From positions 1 to 33,048 of the forward strand of contig JBBRXH010000001.1 of assembly GCA_038248565.1 (NCBI GenBank): DNA of 33,048 nucleotides, given 5' to 3'. Of this stretch, positions 17,544-25,815 are shown piece by piece. Under the pieces are notes generated by a model. It made no database searches and was not told the DNA's origin. It saw only the letters and a program-made list of their open reading frames with translations. The translations under genes and the position numbers were made by a program. The number at the start of each line of letters is the position of its first letter. Position 1 is the stretch's first letter. Origin of the DNA: Peptostreptococcales bacterium (GTDB lineage Bacteria > Bacillota > Clostridia > Peptostreptococcales > Anaerovoracaceae).

Positions 17544-18791
17544 ATGTCCATTATTATGCATATCGACGCCAACTCGGCTTATTTAAGCTGGGAGGCGGTT
17601 CATAGATTAAAAACCCGCGGCGGTGTGGACCTTCGCGAAGTTCCCAGCGTTATCGCCGGCGATCCCGCCAAGCGTCACGGCATAATCCTGGCCAAATCCA
17701 TCCCGGCCAAAAAAGTCGGGATCAAAACCGGCGAGAGCCTCATGGAGGCCAGGAATAAATGTCCGGGGCTCGTTGTGTTGGGTCCGAATTATGATTTGTA
17801 TTTAGCCTGCAGCGACGCCATGTATCGGATCTTAAGCAGTTATTCTCCCCTTATACAGCGCTATTCTGTAGACGAGTGTTTTTTGGATTACACCGCTTCT
17901 CAAAAGCGCTATGGGGATCCGGTCTCTGTTGCCTATGATATAAAAGAACGCATTAAAAGAGAATTGGGTTTTACAGTCAACATCGGAGTCTCTACGAATA
18001 AGCTGCTGGCCAAGATGGGCTCTGAACTTGAGAAGCCGGACCGGGTACATACCCTCTGGCCTGAGGAGATTGCATCAAAAATGTGGCCCCTTCCTGTTTC
18101 CGAGCTTTTTATGGTAGGCCGGGCTACGGCCAAAAAACTCAGAGACCGCAATATACTGACTATCGGCGATCTGGCCAGGCAGGACCCAAGTCATATTAAA
18201 GTGTATTTAAAAAACCCCGGTCTTTTAGTTTGGGGGTATGCCAATGGCATAGATATTTCCCCGGTAATACTTAATGATGATATCGTTCAAAAGGGCATCG
18301 GCAACAGCACCACCCTATCCTTTGACGTCACGAGCAGAAAGGAGGCCCTAATGGTGCTTCTGGCTCTGACCGAGAGAGTCTGCGCCCGGCTTCGCAAATA
18401 TGGGAGAGTCTGTTCCCTGGTTTCCGTATCTATCAGAACCAGTGCTTTCAGCGGCGGCTCCCATCAGATTCAGCTTCAGAGCTATACGAATACCACCTCG
18501 GATATCTACCGTTACGTTGTGAGACTTTTCGATGAGATGTGGCGGGGAGAACCCATCCGGCTCCTGGGCGTCCAGATTTCCAATTTCACAAAGGATAGCC
18601 TGGTCCAGCTCTCCATTTTCGACATGAAGAACAGAGACAGCGAGGAGAGGATCGATCAGGCCGTGGATAAAGTCAGAGCCCGCTATGGCGACAGCGCTAT
18701 CATGCGTGGCTGCTTTGCCAACAGCCCTATAAAACCCCTGCAGGGCGGCGTCAACGAAGGCGATTATATTGGAATGGGTGGCTACAGGTGA
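17544..18791 (+). CDS. Y-family translesion DNA polymerase (UmuC/PolY2-like active-site signature)
   Basis: 415 aa from the ATG at 17544 (GAGGT 7 nt upstream). The 17412 start of the track would begin upstream of the promoter and read through the LexA box. HIDANSAYLSWEA (D-x-N as in UmuC CDVNAFYASCE), SVDECFLD, SxNKLLAKM and C-terminal QLSIFD blocks. Confidence 0.9.
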   Translation: MSIIMHIDANSAYLSWEAVHRLKTRGGVDLREVPSVIAGDPAKRHGIILAKSIPAKKVGIKTGESLMEARNKCPGLVVLGPNYDLYLACSDAMYRILSSYSPLIQRYSVDECFLDYTASQKRYGDPVSVAYDIKERIKRELGFTVNIGVSTNKLLAKMGSELEKPDRVHTLWPEEIASKMWPLPVSELFMVGRATAKKLRDRNILTIGDLARQDPSHIKVYLKNPGLLVWGYANGIDISPVILNDDIVQKGIGNSTTLSFDVTSRKEALMVLLALTERVCARLRKYGRVCSLVSVSIRTSAFSGGSHQIQLQSYTNTTSDIYRYVVRLFDEMWRGEPIRLLGVQISNFTKDSLVQLSIFDMKNRDSEERIDQAVDKVRARYGDSAIMRGCFANSPIKPLQGGVNEGDYIGMGGYR

Positions 18792-19051
18792 AAATTATCG
18801 GAGACGGCATAGATGCCATCGTCAAGTTTAAGGGCAAAAATAAGCCTGAACCTATTAAATTCAGCATTGCTGATTCGGATGGTGCCGGAAGAGTGATTAA
18901 GGTCGACAAGGTTATTTGCGTAGAAGAGGATAATTCTGCGGGCATCAAGTCTTATGTGTACAGATGCCAAAGCCAGATTGAGGGCGAGCTTAAGCTTTAT
19001 GAACTGAAATACTACATCCAGGATTGCCGCTGGGTTCTGTATAAAATATAA
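18788..19051 (+). CDS. Hypothetical 87-aa protein translationally coupled to the Y-family polymerase
   Basis: The GTG start overlaps the polymerase stop (GTGA at 18788..18791). A weak SD GGGTGG lies 6 nt upstream. I recognise no family for it. It sits inside the LexA-controlled unit, between the polymerase and SRAP genes. Confidence 0.5.
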   Translation: MKIIGDGIDAIVKFKGKNKPEPIKFSIADSDGAGRVIKVDKVICVEEDNSAGIKSYVYRCQSQIEGELKLYELKYYIQDCRWVLYKI

Positions 19052-19103
19052 TGAATGTGTGAGGCGCTTAATAATCTGATTCAAGAGAGGGGATGCATGG
19101 AGG

Positions 19104-19718
19104 ATGTGCGGAAGATATCAGTTTGACAATGAAGTCAATATCGCTGAGCTTGAGAAGATCATTTCACAGCTCAATAAGGACTATTATGGCACCCAGAAGC
19201 TGTCTGCCATGAAAACCGGCGAAGTATTTCCAACTGATCTGGCTCCTGTTATAGTCGATGAAAACGGCGTGGAGAAACCTGTTCTGATGAACTGGGGCTT
19301 TCCCAAGTGGGATTCCCATGGCGTAATCATTAATGCAAGGTCCGAGACAGCCGAAGATAAGCCAATGTTTCAGACGGCTTTTCATAAACACAGATGTCTG
19401 ATCCCCGCCACCGGTTTTTTTGAATGGCAGCATAAGGAAAGCCCGCCACATAAAGCGAAATATCTGATAAAATCCGAGGATTATCCGATGCTCTATATGG
19501 CAGGCTTATACGATTTTTTCAAAGATTTGAACGGGCTGCTGATCCCATCCTTTGTCATCCTTACGACCGCAGCCAATCCGTCTATGTCAGGTATTCACGA
19601 CAGAATGCCTCTGATTCTCTCGGGCGGCGACAGATTGTCCTGGCTTCAGGACCGGGAAGCGTCGCAGGCACTGCTGCGACGACCCTGCGATGCCAATCTT
19701 CTACTGCGCTTGGCGTGA
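19104..19718 (+). CDS. SOS response-associated peptidase (SRAP/YedK, abasic-site DNA-protein crosslinking protein)
   Basis: 204 aa. Begins MCGRY (catalytic Cys2). Also WGF, INARSET and ATGFFEW blocks typical of DUF159/SRAP. Confidence 0.9.
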   Translation: MCGRYQFDNEVNIAELEKIISQLNKDYYGTQKLSAMKTGEVFPTDLAPVIVDENGVEKPVLMNWGFPKWDSHGVIINARSETAEDKPMFQTAFHKHRCLIPATGFFEWQHKESPPHKAKYLIKSEDYPMLYMAGLYDFFKDLNGLLIPSFVILTTAANPSMSGIHDRMPLILSGGDRLSWLQDREASQALLRRPCDANLLLRLA

Positions 19719-20150
19719 CGGAGGCGCTTGGCCTGATAGGCCCGCCAATTTGCAATAACTTTGTATGGCGTTATTCATAAATTCCGCCAGGCCTTCCTGC
19801 CGCTTGTCGATGTTTGTCTTGAATCGTTCATCGCTTATGTACATGCTGCCCAAGCCGGCTAGCATATCATCGCTGCAGCTATAATAATATGTCGAGATGT
19901 GTGTTTGCCATGCGATTGCCAGCTGCCTTGCTTCAGAAGATTCCGGGCCTTTTCCCATGACGGCTATGAAGCCCGCGTAAATTTCCTCCGCCTCTTTCGT
20001 AATCTTTTCCCAATCCTCTTTTGTGTAGCTGCCGGTTTTTCTTACGCTTTCTTTATAGGCATCCGTATCTCCCCATCTTTGGTTAGCTTCTTCCTGATAC
20101 TTGGCTTTTGCCTCTTTAATATCTGTCATGTCGAATTCCTTAAAGCTCAT
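19701..20150 (-). CDS. TipAS-like antibiotic-recognition domain protein (stand-alone C-terminal half of a former MerR/TipAL regulator)
   Basis: 149 aa from the ATG at 20150, which has a strong AAGGAGG 7 nt upstream; the track starts at 20216. MSFKEFDM...AKAKYQEEANQRWGDTDAYKES...W blocks match TipAS domains. Confidence 0.75.
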   Translation of the reverse strand: MSFKEFDMTDIKEAKAKYQEEANQRWGDTDAYKESVRKTGSYTKEDWEKITKEAEEIYAGFIAVMGKGPESSEARQLAIAWQTHISTYYYSCSDDMLAGLGSMYISDERFKTNIDKRQEGLAEFMNNAIQSYCKLAGLSGQAPPSRQAQ

Positions 20151-20216
20151 GACTTTTCCTCCTTTTATGGATTTCTCGATAAGTCGAATCAGCCCCTCGT
20201 AGCGACGGACTTTCAT

Positions 20217-20344
20217 GGTTAATAGTTGTTTTTGTTGGGTTAGGGCCTTTTGGGCATCAAAGTCCTTTTTTCCTGATCATAAAACCTGTATCCGGCTTCC
20301 GACAGAGATGCCGGCTTCAGAAGTCCCAGCTGATCATAGTAATG
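20217..20344 (-). pseudogene. Remnant of the MerR-type HTH domain of the TipAL-like gene (5'-truncated, internally deleted, frameshifted)
   Basis: The minus strand reads HYYDQLGLLKPASLSEAGYRFYDQEK and then stops; this is the MerR wing signature. The next frame reads DFDAQKALTQQKQLLTMKVRRYEGLIRLIEKSIKG, which is the coiled-coil linker and runs into the TipAS ORF. The first ~20 HTH codons and ~30 codons of helix 5 are absent. The frame change is at an A-run (GGAAAAAAGG). Confidence 0.6.
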
Positions 20345-20370
20345 TTATAGTCAAGCTTTTTAAAATAGCG

Positions 20371-20721
20371 TTATAAAACGATTATCGTAATCCCTTCGTT
20401 TCCGTTTCTGTAGTCCGAATCCTGCTTAAGTTCAGGATAAAGGCGGGCGAGTCTGACGCCGGCGTCCCGCTGAGCGCAGAAATCGCCGCCCACCGCATAG
20501 TCTCTGATGAAGCCCTGGGCTTTTCGCTCGGCCAGGAAGGCAGGCAAAGCCTGCCTGATGGCGCCTCCGGCCCCGGAGGAGCCATAGCCGTGGATGATTT
20601 TTATGCATTTGACGCCACGGCGCCTGGCCGCCGGCACCGCGCTGAGTATTCTGCTCTTTGCCTGGTCAACGGTGGGATAATCTCTTTCCAGATTTATATA
20701 ATCCATATTCATTTTCTTCAC
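20371..20721 (-). CDS. Smr (small MutS-related) domain protein
   Basis: 116 aa. KIIHGYGSSGAGGAIRQALPAFL resembles the Smr nuclease-domain core. The gene is markedly more GC-rich than its flanks. Confidence 0.75.
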   Translation of the reverse strand: MKKMNMDYINLERDYPTVDQAKSRILSAVPAARRRGVKCIKIIHGYGSSGAGGAIRQALPAFLAERKAQGFIRDYAVGGDFCAQRDAGVRLARLYPELKQDSDYRNGNEGITIIVL

Positions 20722-20744
20722 AGAAGAGCCTTAGCTCTACCCCT

Positions 20745-21506
20745 TCAGTCCGGTTTCTTCGTTGCGCAGGGAACCCCGGTCATACACTTGGCACAGACAT
20801 CGGCAAAACCGATTTCCTTGTATTCCTCTGCGTTTTCATAAGTAACTGCCATGCATTTCCTATTATCATAATAATCCGGGACATCCAGAGCTGAGACCGG
20901 GCACTTTACAAGGCATAGTCCGCAGCTGCCATCCCTCTTATAAAGACAGTATTCCTCTTCAGGTCTTGGAGTCGGCTTGATGTAGGCATCGGTGATCAAG
21001 GTTCCAATGCGCCCGCAGACGCCCTTTTCCGTAATCAGCCCCCTATTGATGCCAAAAGTTCCCAGGCCCGCTATATATGCGGCATGGCGATGGGACCAGT
21101 CGCACTTCATAGTCTCGGGATCCCAGCTTCTATGATTTGCTGTGACAGAAAGCTGCCAACCATCCAGTTCAAATAGCTTTTGCAGTCCGTTATTTATACC
21201 ATTAATAAGGTCTATGGTTTCAAAATAACCAAATACCCAGGCCTTGGAAGAAAAGTAGCCGGGTATATTGGAATCTGCTATATTTTTAGACAGAGGAATA
21301 AAATAGCTGATTACCGTTCTCCCGTCAGCCATGATATCCTGAGGCAGTTTATGGTATTCTCCAATGACTGTCTTTAATCCAATAAAAAGCGGATCCGCAG
21401 CATCTGCATAGGCAAATACCGGCTCTTCCCAGCGGGATTTTATTTCAGGCTTTTCATTATAACATCTCACAAATTCCACTATAAATGCTTCCAATTTCTC
21501 TTTCAT
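20745..21506 (-). CDS. 4Fe-4S protein of the QueG / reductive-dehalogenase-like superfamily
   Basis: 253 aa. HRHAAYIAGLGTFGINRGLITEKGVCGRIGTLITD core, followed by CGLCLVKCP and CAKCMTGVPC cysteine clusters. Subfamily not resolved. Confidence 0.5.
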   Translation of the reverse strand: MKEKLEAFIVEFVRCYNEKPEIKSRWEEPVFAYADAADPLFIGLKTVIGEYHKLPQDIMADGRTVISYFIPLSKNIADSNIPGYFSSKAWVFGYFETIDLINGINNGLQKLFELDGWQLSVTANHRSWDPETMKCDWSHRHAAYIAGLGTFGINRGLITEKGVCGRIGTLITDAYIKPTPRPEEEYCLYKRDGSCGLCLVKCPVSALDVPDYYDNRKCMAVTYENAEEYKEIGFADVCAKCMTGVPCATKKPD

Positions 21507-21540
21507 CGGTTCTCCCCCTTAAAATGCATATCTATATGTA

Positions 21541-21569
21541 TTGATTCTAACATTTTTTGAGAATAGAAT
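21541..21569 (+). promoter_or_regulatory. Promoter candidate for msrBA-wrbA
   Basis: TTGATT (21541..21546), 17-nt spacer, TAGAAT (21564..21569). Confidence 0.45.
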
Positions 21570-21664
21570 AAAGAATATAGGGTAAATATACAGTATTCTT
21601 AGCAGGCTTATAAAAGCAACGCTAACATCATTAATATGCACAACCTAAAAAAGGAGGAAATACG

Positions 21665-22636
21665 ATGAGTTTTTTTAAACATGAGCATACTATTAAAGCC
21701 AAGGACGAAGCATCCGACTACCAGGTTCGGCTTATGCAGGAGGACGGTTCGCCCGGACCCCTTACCAAAATCGAACGGCTAAATCTGACAAATGAAGAAT
21801 GGCAAAAAAGACTTACCCCGGATGAATTTAAGGTACTTAGAGCCCAGGGAACGGAACCTGCATTTTGCGGTCTTTTGACCGATGAGAAAGAAAACGGCGT
21901 TTATTTCTGCGTCGGCTGTGGTCTGCCGCTTTTCAGTTCAGAGGCCAAATTCCATTCAGGTACAGGCTGGCCCAGCTTTTTTAGTCCCTTTGCCCCGGAA
22001 AATATTATCGAGAAATCCGATATCAGCTTTGGCATGGTCCGTACCGAAATCCTCTGCACACGCTGCGGCAGTCACCTTGGTCATGTATTCACAGATGGTC
22101 CAAAACCAACAGGGCTGCGTTACTGTCTTAACTCCCTGGCTCTTAAGTTTATGCCAAGTGTCAAAACCCAGCAAGCGACTTTTGCTGCAGGCTGTTTCTG
22201 GGGCGTTGAAAGCGATTTTCGTAAAATCCCGGGTGTTTTGGATGTCCTCTCCGGCTACACCGGCGGCCATACGGATAATCCAAATTATAAGGAAGTCTGC
22301 ACCGATAAAACCGGTCATGCGGAAGCAGTTCTCGTTACCTTCGACCCGGTTAAAGTCTCCTTTGAACAGCTTCTGTCTGCCTTTTGGCTGCTCCATGATC
22401 CAACCCAGTTCAATCGTCAGGGGCCTGACTATGGTTCCCAGTACCGCTCGGCGATTTTTACCCATACCGAGGATCAGAAAGCACTGGCAGAAAAATCACG
22501 GGAAGCTATGAATGCATCCGGCCATTATAAAAAACCCATCGTTACCGAGATAACACCCGCCAGCCACTTTTGGCCTGCAGAAGATTACCATCAGCGCTAT
22601 AATGAGAAACATGGCGGCGGTAGCTGTCATATTTAA
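21665..22636 (+). CDS. msrAB: Bifunctional peptide-methionine sulfoxide reductase, MsrB (N-terminal) fused to MsrA (C-terminal)
   Basis: 323 aa.
- MsrB half: CVGCGLPLF...[12 protein letters not shown] zinc motifs and the catalytic RYCLNS.
- MsrA half: the catalytic GCFWG and GYTGG.
RBS AAGGAGG. Confidence 0.92.
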   Translation: MSFFKHEHTIKAKDEASDYQVRLMQEDGSPGPLTKIERLNLTNEEWQKRLTPDEFKVLRAQGTEPAFCGLLTDEKENGVYFCVGCGLPLFSSEAKFHSGTGWPSFFSPFAPENIIEKSDISFGMVRTEILCTRCGSHLGHVFTDGPKPTGLRYCLNSLALKFMPSVKTQQATFAAGCFWGVESDFRKIPGVLDVLSGYTGGHTDNPNYKEVCTDKTGHAEAVLVTFDPVKVSFEQLLSAFWLLHDPTQFNRQGPDYGSQYRSAIFTHTEDQKALAEKSREAMNASGHYKKPIVTEITPASHFWPAEDYHQRYNEKHGGGSCHI

Positions 22637-22673
22637 AACTCGCTTAGCAGTCATTAAAAGAGAGAGGCGTCTT

Positions 22674-23288
22674 ATGAGAGTTTTGATCTTATTTTATTCC
22701 ATGTATGGGCATATTTATCAGATGGCCGAGGCCGCAGCGATTGGCGCCAGAGAAGTCCCGGGAACTGAGGTCCTGCTTCGCAGAGTTCCTGAAACTCTTT
22801 CCGAAGATATCCTGGAAAAGATGGGCGCACAGGAGGCTCAGCAGACATTTTCCCACATACCCGTCTGTACCCTGGATGAACTGGCCGTGGCGGATGCAGT
22901 CTTATTTGGAACCCCCACCCGCTTCGGCAATATGGCTGGTCAGATGCGCCAATTTTTGGATTCTACAGGCGGGCTCTGGGTGAAAGGTGCTCTTGCAGGA
23001 AAGGTCGGCAGTGTATTTACAAGCTCAAGTACCCAGCATGGCGGTCAGGAATCAACCATTCTGGGATTTCACATCACGCTTTTGCACCATGGTATGGTGA
23101 TCGCCGGTCTTCCTCACACTTTCAAGGGACAATCTAACATCGATGAAGTAACCGGCTGTTCTCCCTACGGCGCCTCTACCATTGCCGGAGGAGGCCACGG
23201 CCAGCGTCAGCCCAGCGAAAACGAACTTGCCGGAGCCAGACACCAGGGCCGCTACGTTGCGGAGCTTGCCGCAAAGCTCACCAAATAA
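22674..23288 (+). CDS. wrbA: NAD(P)H:quinone oxidoreductase, WrbA type (flavodoxin-like fold)
   Basis: 204 aa from the ATG at 22674. [38 protein letters not shown] and [10 protein letters not shown] blocks. Confidence 0.9.
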   Translation: MRVLILFYSMYGHIYQMAEAAAIGAREVPGTEVLLRRVPETLSEDILEKMGAQEAQQTFSHIPVCTLDELAVADAVLFGTPTRFGNMAGQMRQFLDSTGGLWVKGALAGKVGSVFTSSSTQHGGQESTILGFHITLLHHGMVIAGLPHTFKGQSNIDEVTGCSPYGASTIAGGGHGQRQPSENELAGARHQGRYVAELAAKLTK

Positions 23289-23310
23289 AGGGGTGCTTTT
23301 GCACCCCTTT
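23288..23310. terminator. Bidirectional intrinsic terminator between wrbA and the convergent diguanylate cyclase gene
   Basis: AAGGGGTGC-TTTT-GCACCCCTT with A-rich sequence 5' and T-rich sequence 3'. Confidence 0.75.
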
Positions 23311-23328
23311 ATCATCAATTCTATAGCC

Positions 23329-24237
23329 TCATCCAATTGTCACTCTATTTTTCCCGGATTGTTTGCTTTTATACATCAGATCATCCGCTCTTTTAATTAT
23401 GCTTTCAGGGTTGTCCTCCGGCAATGCCAGGGTAACTCCTATTGAAACCGTGACATGAATTTCTTCACTACCGTTTCTAATCCTAGACTGTTCAACAAGA
23501 ACTCTCATCTTTTCTGTCACAGATTGAATGCCTGCAGTATCCACGCTTGAGAATACGGCGACAAACTCCTCGCCGCCCCAGCGGCCCACTACATCCTGCC
23601 TACGAAGATTCGCTTCGAAGGTTTTAGCCACCATTTTAAGGACTTCATCTCCCGCATCATGGCCGTAGATGTCGTTGACACCTTTAAAGTTATCGATGTC
23701 CATGAAGGCAACGCCAAAAGATGTCCCCAGTTCATCGTACTCAATTTTCTTTGCTTCCAGCACTGCCTTGATATATCTCCTGCTTGATATTCCAGTTAAA
23801 GCATCCTCAGTGGCTTCTTTTTTATATTGTTCAAGACTGTTCAAAATCTGAACTTTATTTTTGTCGTCGACAAAGATCTCCGCCGCGCCTATTATCTCAC
23901 CGTTGTCATCATACATCGGCAGTGTCTTGATTGCTACCGGAACGCGATAACCCTTTTTATGCTGCAGAAATACCCTCGCTTCCCTTATAACTCCGTCACC
24001 TATAGTCCCATGTAGTGGGCAACCTATGAGACACAGCTGATTTCCTTGATCATCCACATGGTTTAGAATGTTTTCATAGCATTTCCTCCCGACCACTTCA
24101 TCCGCCGTGAATCCTGTAATCTTTTCTGCTCCCTTATTCCAGGACGTGATCGTTCTTTCAGTATCGACAAAATAAATCCCTTCATAAAGAAATTCCAGCA
24201 TTTTTTTATAGTCTTTATCAATTACGCGTATTGTCAT
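23329..24237 (-). CDS. PAS-domain diguanylate cyclase (GGDEF)
   Basis: 302 aa. N-terminal PAS (WNKGAEKITGFTADEVVGRKC). Intact GGEEF active site preceded by an RRQD I-site (RxxD five residues upstream). Confidence 0.9.
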   Translation of the reverse strand: MTIRVIDKDYKKMLEFLYEGIYFVDTERTITSWNKGAEKITGFTADEVVGRKCYENILNHVDDQGNQLCLIGCPLHGTIGDGVIREARVFLQHKKGYRVPVAIKTLPMYDDNGEIIGAAEIFVDDKNKVQILNSLEQYKKEATEDALTGISSRRYIKAVLEAKKIEYDELGTSFGVAFMDIDNFKGVNDIYGHDAGDEVLKMVAKTFEANLRRQDVVGRWGGEEFVAVFSSVDTAGIQSVTEKMRVLVEQSRIRNGSEEIHVTVSIGVTLALPEDNPESIIKRADDLMYKSKQSGKNRVTIG

Positions 24238-24512
24238 TATTATAATCCCCTTTAATAAATTTTTAGAAAAGTCTTTAAATATGGATCGTACCGGCCCTTA
24301 TACCTACGATGATTGTATTATACAATATTATTTACAGATTATGTCGCTTTTTCCTTTGACAATTGCTATAATTACCTGTAATTATATTTGATTTTGAATT
24401 AGAGCGAATCATTATGCTTCAGGCGAAATAGAATAGAGGCCCGTGTAGATTAGATTGTTATTTGAGTATATAATATTTATGATAAATATTATAAGACTGG
24501 GGGGCGCATAGG

Positions 24513-25814
24513 GTGTTAAGGGATTCAAATCTTAATGTTAATGAAAAGGATGATTTTATCAGCAGCTTTTTTACCACCGGGCTTGCTCAAATTAGGATCG
24601 TATCAATCGTTTTTATTTTTCTGTTTCTGGCGGATGGTTTGCTTAGCGCGAAGCCAATGCAGAATGAATCTATATTTTTCGCAGTTCGCTACTACACACT
24701 CATTCCCATTATGGCACTCGTCATTGGGCTAAGTTTCACCAAGTTTTTCGTCCGGATCAGTCAGCCGATCATGCTTTTCGCCTTTATAATTTCAGGTTGC
24801 GGCGTAGCTACACTTCTGATTTTAGATCCTACTGATCAGGTACTGCTTGGTCTTTTAATTCTTGTTGAGCTTGCAGGGTTTCTATTCATTCGGCTCAAGT
24901 TTCAAAACGCAGTTATTGGTGGCATTGCCATTTTTGTATTCTATATATTTGGAATTTTCGAATTTACGAAATTGGCTCCGTTGTATGTTCTCCCAATGTT
25001 CATTCTTTTAACAGGTGCTATCATCATTGGTTCTTTCGGTAATTATTTTATAAATAGCTCTGAACTAAGAAACTATCTCATGAAGAAGCAATATTTGACC
25101 GATAAAAAGCGTCAGGAAAAAATAATGTCCGAAAAGGTTAAAGAGATATCAGACTCCCAGACCGTAACTATATTTGCCCTTGCAAAGCTTTCAGAATCAA
25201 GGGATAAGGATACAGGGAATCATATCGAAAGAGTTGGGAAGTATTGTCTGCTACTGGCCTCTAAAATAGAAAACAAAGAATATGAGAAAAGAAATTTAAC
25301 CAAAGAGGATTTCATAAGCAGGATAGAGCTCGCCAGTGCACTGCATGATATCGGCAAGGTTGGTATCGGAGATTCCATATTGATAAAACCCGGGAAGCTG
25401 AATGCCGAAGAGTTTCAAATCATGACCTGCCATACGCTGATTGGCAGCAATACACTTGATGAAGTGCGTAAAAAGTATCCAAACAACTCATTTATCAATA
25501 TGGGCATCGAGATTACAAGGTGTCATCACGAAAGGTTCGATGGCACTGGTTATCCCCATGGCTTAGTTGGAGAACAAATACCGCTTTCTGCCAGAATAGT
25601 AGCCATTGCAGATGTTTATGACGCCTTAATCAGTACAAGACCTTATAAGGATCCATACCCTCACGAGCGGGCTATGGATATCATTGTCAATCTCTCCGGC
25701 TATCAATTCGATCCGATGCTGATTCGGATATTTGAAAAGTGCAATAAAGAAATTAAAAGTATCGCCTATGGCCACCAGCACTCATTTCGGATTTTAGAAG
25801 ATGACTTGGAGTGA
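24513..25814 (+). CDS. Membrane-anchored HD-GYP domain protein (putative c-di-GMP phosphodiesterase)
   Basis: 433 aa with a GTG start. About 6 hydrophobic segments in the first 180 aa, then HDIGKVGI, HHERFDGTGYP and ADVYDAL motifs. Confidence 0.85.
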   Translation: MLRDSNLNVNEKDDFISSFFTTGLAQIRIVSIVFIFLFLADGLLSAKPMQNESIFFAVRYYTLIPIMALVIGLSFTKFFVRISQPIMLFAFIISGCGVATLLILDPTDQVLLGLLILVELAGFLFIRLKFQNAVIGGIAIFVFYIFGIFEFTKLAPLYVLPMFILLTGAIIIGSFGNYFINSSELRNYLMKKQYLTDKKRQEKIMSEKVKEISDSQTVTIFALAKLSESRDKDTGNHIERVGKYCLLLASKIENKEYEKRNLTKEDFISRIELASALHDIGKVGIGDSILIKPGKLNAEEFQIMTCHTLIGSNTLDEVRKKYPNNSFINMGIEITRCHHERFDGTGYPHGLVGEQIPLSARIVAIADVYDALISTRPYKDPYPHERAMDIIVNLSGYQFDPMLIRIFEKCNKEIKSIAYGHQHSFRILEDDLE

Positions 25815-25815
25815 T

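Noticed and set aside
21882-22511. 209-aa plus-strand and 169-aa minus-strand alternative-frame ORFs inside msrBA.
   Set aside because: The msrBA frame carries unmistakable MsrB and MsrA motifs. The alternative frames are low-complexity and lack start signals.
21665-22636. Checked whether MsrA or MsrB use Sec, given the adjacent-in-genome Sec machinery and the known Sec-MsrA forms.
   Set aside because: Both active sites are encoded with Cys codons (GCFWG and RYCLNS), and the ORF has no internal TGA.
24312-24326. 15-nt perfect palindrome ATTGTATAATACAAT in the divergent region between the cyclase and HD-GYP genes, overlapping a TATAAT.
   Set aside because: The region is extremely AT-rich, so palindromes of this size are likely by chance. 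Without conservation data I cannot separate it from noise.
24238-24512. Looked for a c-di-GMP (GEMM) riboswitch in the leaders of the divergent c-di-GMP genes.
   Set aside because: I could not find the conserved GEMM helices or the GNRA tetraloop-receptor blocks on either strand.
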